A program made the translations under genes and the position numbers. 64,000 bases of DNA from Hydrurus foetidus (lineage: Eukaryota), in NCBI GenBank assembly GCA_900617105.1, contig UYFQ01000001.1:868001-932000 (forward strand), in the 5' to 3' direction. Each line of letters opens with the position of its first letter. Position 1 is the stretch's first letter. Below are positions 60,456 to 64,000 of the stretch, piece after piece. A model generated the notes under the pieces. The model ran no database searches. It was not told where the DNA came from and was given only the letters and a program-made list of their open reading frames with translations.

Positions 60456-61920
60456 CGTGACATCCTCCGGCGGCGGCATGGGGCGTTTGGCCTCTCGCTT
60501 TTCGCTCTCAACCCTGCTGATTGCCGTGCTGGCAGCCTGCGCCAACCCGGCGGGTATTGCGCCCACGGCCCAGCTGCGTGATGCCGCCTCACTGGGGCTG
60601 ACTTTCGGCAGCGGTGCTGAAAGCCAGATCGCCTCGGATTGGTGGCTGGCCTTCAACGACGCGCAGCTCAACCGGCTGATAGACCAAGCCCTGCAAACCG
60701 GCCCCAGCCTCAAAACCGCCCAAGCCCGTCTTGCCCGCGCCCAGGCCGTGACCGAGATGGTGGACGCGGCCAGCGGCCCGCAGCTCAACGCCAGCGTTGA
60801 CCTCACCCACCAGCGCTACACCGCCAACGGTGCCGTGCCCCCGCCGCTGGCCGGTTCCGTGCGTGACAGTGGCACGCTGCAACTCAGTGGCAGCTGGGAG
60901 TTTGATTTCTTCGGCAAAAACCGCGCTGCCCTGGATGCGGCTTTTGGCAGCGCCCAAGCTGCTCAGGCCGACGCACAAGCGGCGCGGGTGCTGCTGGCCA
61001 GCATGGTGGCACGCCAGTACGTTCAATTGGCCCGCTTGAACGATCAACTGGGTGTTGCCCGGCGCACGCTGGCCCAGCGCGAGGAAACCTTGTCGCTGGT
61101 GCAAGACCGCCTGAAAGCCGGTTTGGACACCCGCCTGGAGCTGCGCCAAAGCGAGGGCGATTTGCCTGAGGCACGCCAACAAATCGAAGTGCTGAACGAG
61201 CAAGTCGCGTTGACGCGCCATGCCTTGTCCGCGCTTGTAGGCCAACCAAAAGCGGCAGACCAGCTTATCCCATCTGCGCTGACAGCTATCACAAGCATAG
61301 CGACTGTCAACCGCATCCCGGCGGATCTGCTGGCCCGCCGCGCCGACATTGCCGCTGCCCGCTGGCGCGTCGAAGCCTCGGGGCAGGACATGGTGAGCGC
61401 CAAGGCCCAGTTTTATCCGAACATCAACCTGGTGGGCTTCGCTGGCCTTTCCAGCATCGGTTTGGGCCGCTTGGTGAACAGCGGCAGCGAGCAGTGGGGC
61501 GCAGGCCCGGCGGTGCGTTTGCCGATTTTTGATTCGGGCCGTTTGCGGGCCAACTTAGGCGCCAAAGCGGCGGACGTGGACGCGGCGGTCGAGAGCTACA
61601 ACAGCGCGGTGATTGACGCGCTGCACGAGGTGGCCGACAGCCTCGCCTCGGTGCAGTCCATCACCCGCCAGCAGGCAGAGTTGCGCCAGACCCAAGCCGC
61701 CGCTGACGGGGCTTACGCCCTGGCCGTGCAACGCCAAAAAGCCGGTTTGGTCAACAAAATCCAGGTGCTGAACGCTGAAACCCGCCTGCTGGCCCTGCGC
61801 CGCCAGCAGCTTGACCTGACTGCCCGTGCGCTCGATACGCAGGTCGCGCTGGTACGCGCCTTGGGCGGCGGCTATGCACAGGCCAACGCCAGCGGCACGG
61901 CCTTGGCGGCTGCGCAGTAA
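60439..61920 (+). CDS. Efflux outer-membrane lipoprotein (NodT/OprM family)
   Basis: Lipobox LAAC, WWLAFNDAQL, SWEFDFFG, RRADI, RALGGG. Confidence 0.93.
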   Translation: MTKLSDVTSSGGGMGRLASRFSLSTLLIAVLAACANPAGIAPTAQLRDAASLGLTFGSGAESQIASDWWLAFNDAQLNRLIDQALQTGPSLKTAQARLARAQAVTEMVDAASGPQLNASVDLTHQRYTANGAVPPPLAGSVRDSGTLQLSGSWEFDFFGKNRAALDAAFGSAQAAQADAQAARVLLASMVARQYVQLARLNDQLGVARRTLAQREETLSLVQDRLKAGLDTRLELRQSEGDLPEARQQIEVLNEQVALTRHALSALVGQPKAADQLIPSALTAITSIATVNRIPADLLARRADIAAARWRVEASGQDMVSAKAQFYPNINLVGFAGLSSIGLGRLVNSGSEQWGAGPAVRLPIFDSGRLRANLGAKAADVDAAVESYNSAVIDALHEVADSLASVQSITRQQAELRQTQAAADGAYALAVQRQKAGLVNKIQVLNAETRLLALRRQQLDLTARALDTQVALVRALGGGYAQANASGTALAAAQ

Positions 61921-61975
61921 GGCCTGAAGCACCCAGCCCAAGATTTGAACGATTTGAACGGTTAGAAAGACTTCT

Positions 61976-63271
61976 ATGAACGCTCCTGAAAACAAAGCAA
62001 GCAACGCAGTACCTGTCAGCGATAAAGCCATGAATAACACCACAACAGTACCCTCAACGGCTCCCACCAAAACCAACCCCCAGCGCAAAAAATACCTCAT
62101 GCTGCTGGCCCTGTTGGTGGTGATCGGTGGCATTGGGGACGGCATTTACGACTGGATGGTGTCGCGCAATTTTGAGGACACCGACAACGCCTACGTCAAC
62201 GGCAACATCGTCCAGATCACCCCGCAAATCACCGGCACCGTGCTGGCCGTTTTGGTGGAAGAGAACGATTTCGTCAAAGCTGGGCAGCCACTGGTCAAGC
62301 TTGACCCCGCTGATGCCAAAGTCGCACTGAACCAAGCCGAAGCGAACCTCGCCCAAGCCGTGCGCCAAGTCCGCACGCTCTACGCCAACAACACCACGCT
62401 GGCCGTGCAAATCACCGCCCGCACGGCGGACGTGGCTAAGGCGCAAAGCGACATTGCCCGTGCAACCGATGACCTGACGCGCCGCCAGTCGCTGCTGGGC
62501 AACGGGGCCGTGTCCACCGAAGAAGTCAACCACGCCAAAAGCCAGCTCGATGTGGCCAAAAGCACGCTGGCCTCGGTGCAGGCAGCGGTCGTCGCGGCTA
62601 AAGAGCAGCTCGCCAGCAACCAGACCATGACCGACGGCACCACCGTCGAGCAGCACCCCAGCGTACAGGCCGCCGCCGCCAAAGTCCACGAAGCCTTTCT
62701 GAGCAGCCAGCGTGCCGCTTTGCTCGCCCCAGTGGACGGCTACGTCGCCAAACGCACCGTGCAACTGGGCCAGCGCGTGGCCGCCGGTGCGCCGCTGATG
62801 TCCATCATCCCGCTCAGCCAAGTCTGGGTGGACGGCAACTTCAAAGAGCCGCAACTGCGCAATATCCGCATCGGCCAGCCCGTCACGCTGACGGCTGACA
62901 TGTACGGCAAAAAGGTGGAATACACCGGCACGGTGTCTGGTCTGGGTGCGGGAACCGGTGCCGCTTTTGCCTTGCTGCCCGCCCAAAACGCCACAGGCAA
63001 CTGGATCAAAGTGGTGCAGCGGGTGCCGGTGCGCATCGCGTTGAACCCCGCCGAGCTGGCTAAAAACCCGCTGCGCATCGGTTTGTCGATGGACGCGAAC
63101 GTCGATGTACGCAACAAAGACGGCAAAACCCTGGCCGATGCACCCCGTGTCGCTGCCGTGAGCGATGCCCCCGCACTCAGCGCCACCGAGCAAGCCGCCG
63201 ACGCGGACGTGCGCCGCATCATCACGGCCAACTTGGCAGGGGCCAAAGTGGTTGCTGTCGTGGCCCGCTGA
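61976..63271 (+). CDS. emrA: EmrA-type membrane fusion protein
   Basis: TDNAYV, APVDG, NFKE, FALLPAQNATGNWIKVVQRVPVRI. Confidence 0.93.
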   Translation: MNAPENKASNAVPVSDKAMNNTTTVPSTAPTKTNPQRKKYLMLLALLVVIGGIGDGIYDWMVSRNFEDTDNAYVNGNIVQITPQITGTVLAVLVEENDFVKAGQPLVKLDPADAKVALNQAEANLAQAVRQVRTLYANNTTLAVQITARTADVAKAQSDIARATDDLTRRQSLLGNGAVSTEEVNHAKSQLDVAKSTLASVQAAVVAAKEQLASNQTMTDGTTVEQHPSVQAAAAKVHEAFLSSQRAALLAPVDGYVAKRTVQLGQRVAAGAPLMSIIPLSQVWVDGNFKEPQLRNIRIGQPVTLTADMYGKKVEYTGTVSGLGAGTGAAFALLPAQNATGNWIKVVQRVPVRIALNPAELAKNPLRIGLSMDANVDVRNKDGKTLADAPRVAAVSDAPALSATEQAADADVRRIITANLAGAKVVAVVAR

Positions 63272-63279
63272 GAGCACAC

Positions 63280-64000
63280 ATGTCCAGCGCCCCCGCTCCT
63301 GCCCCGGCCTTCATTGCCCACCCGCCGCTCGAAGGCTCCGCCCGCCTGTGGGGCACCGTGGCCCTGTCAGCGGCGACTTTCATGAACGTGCTGGACACGT
63401 CGATTGCCAACGTCTCCTTGTCCGCCATCGCCGGTGATTTGGGGGTCAGCCCGAACCAAGGCACCTGGGTGATTACCAGCTTTGCGGTGGCGAACGCGAT
63501 TGCCGTGCCCTTGACCGGCTGGCTGTCGCAGCGCTTTGGCCAGGTGCGGCTGTTCGTCGCCAGCGTCATCTTGTTTGTCATTGCCTCGTGGCTGTGCGGC
63601 TTGGCCCCCAACATGAACGCGCTGATCGCCGTGCGTGCCCTGCAAGGCTTCGTGGCCGGGCCGATGATTCCGCTGTCGCAAACCCTGCTGCTCGCCAGCT
63701 ACCCGAAAGCGCTGGCAGGCACCGCGATGGCGATGTGGGCCATGACCACGCTGATTGCGCCGGTGATGGGGCCGCTCTTGGGCGGCTGGATCACCGATAA
63801 CGTCAGCTGGCCGTGGATTTTTTACATCAACATTCCCGTGGGCTTGGTCACCGCTGCGGCCACCTGGATGGTCTTCCGCCAGCGTGAGTCTTTGGTGCAA
63901 AAGCTGCCGATTGATTCGGTGGGGCTGGCCTTGCTGGTGGTGTGGGTGAGTTCCATGCAAATCATGCTGGACAAAGGCAAAGAGCTGGACTGGTTCCACT
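63280..64000 (+). CDS. emrB: EmrB/DHA2 MFS efflux permease (3' end outside window)
   Basis: Hand translation from ATG 63280: ATFMNVLDTSIANV, WVITSF, GPLLGGWITDN.SWPWIFYIN. Confidence 0.92.
   Translation, partial: MSSAPAPAPAFIAHPPLEGSARLWGTVALSAATFMNVLDTSIANVSLSAIAGDLGVSPNQGTWVITSFAVANAIAVPLTGWLSQRFGQVRLFVASVILFVIASWLCGLAPNMNALIAVRALQGFVAGPMIPLSQTLLLASYPKALAGTAMAMWAMTTLIAPVMGPLLGGWITDNVSWPWIFYINIPVGLVTAAATWMVFRQRESLVQKLPIDSVGLALLVVWVSSMQIMLDKGKELDWFH

Noticed and set aside
1..64000. tRNA, rRNA or CRISPR loci
   Set aside because: None recognised by eye; no covariance search was possible

Overview
Chromosomal window from a betaproteobacterium. Gene content and order point to Comamonadaceae (an inference, not a database result). 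The left part is mostly core genes: tig-clpP-clpX-lon, glnA-ntrB-ntrC (ntrC split by a 1-bp frameshift), xth, an ECF sigma/anti-sigma unit and greA-yhbY-rlmE-ftsH-folP-glmM. An accessory island follows glmM (about 26.8-36.8 kb). It holds a LuxR-type regulator, a MazF/PemK toxin-antitoxin pair, a decayed mqsA, and a non-coding site with three ~21-bp repeats and two IHF boxes. It also holds the most unusual unit of the window, a four-gene minus-strand operon: class III adenylate cyclase-TPR protein, PAP2/vanadium-haloperoxidase-fold enzyme with an N-terminal codon-diversified (GGAA)6 repeat, S8 subtilase and trypsin-like S1 protease, all with intact-looking catalytic motifs. The right part has beta-oxidation genes, HigBA, LysR modules, a GntR-TRAP-deaminase block (hydroxyproline-type), a complete IS256 nested in an IS3-type remnant, an aquaporin-type ars operon with a second arsC fragment 7 kb away, and a MarR-EmrAB efflux operon cut by the window edge. 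A 19-bp GCT-N11-AGC palindromic motif recurs at least 12 times, mostly inside genes. All calls come from reading motifs by eye; no searches were run.
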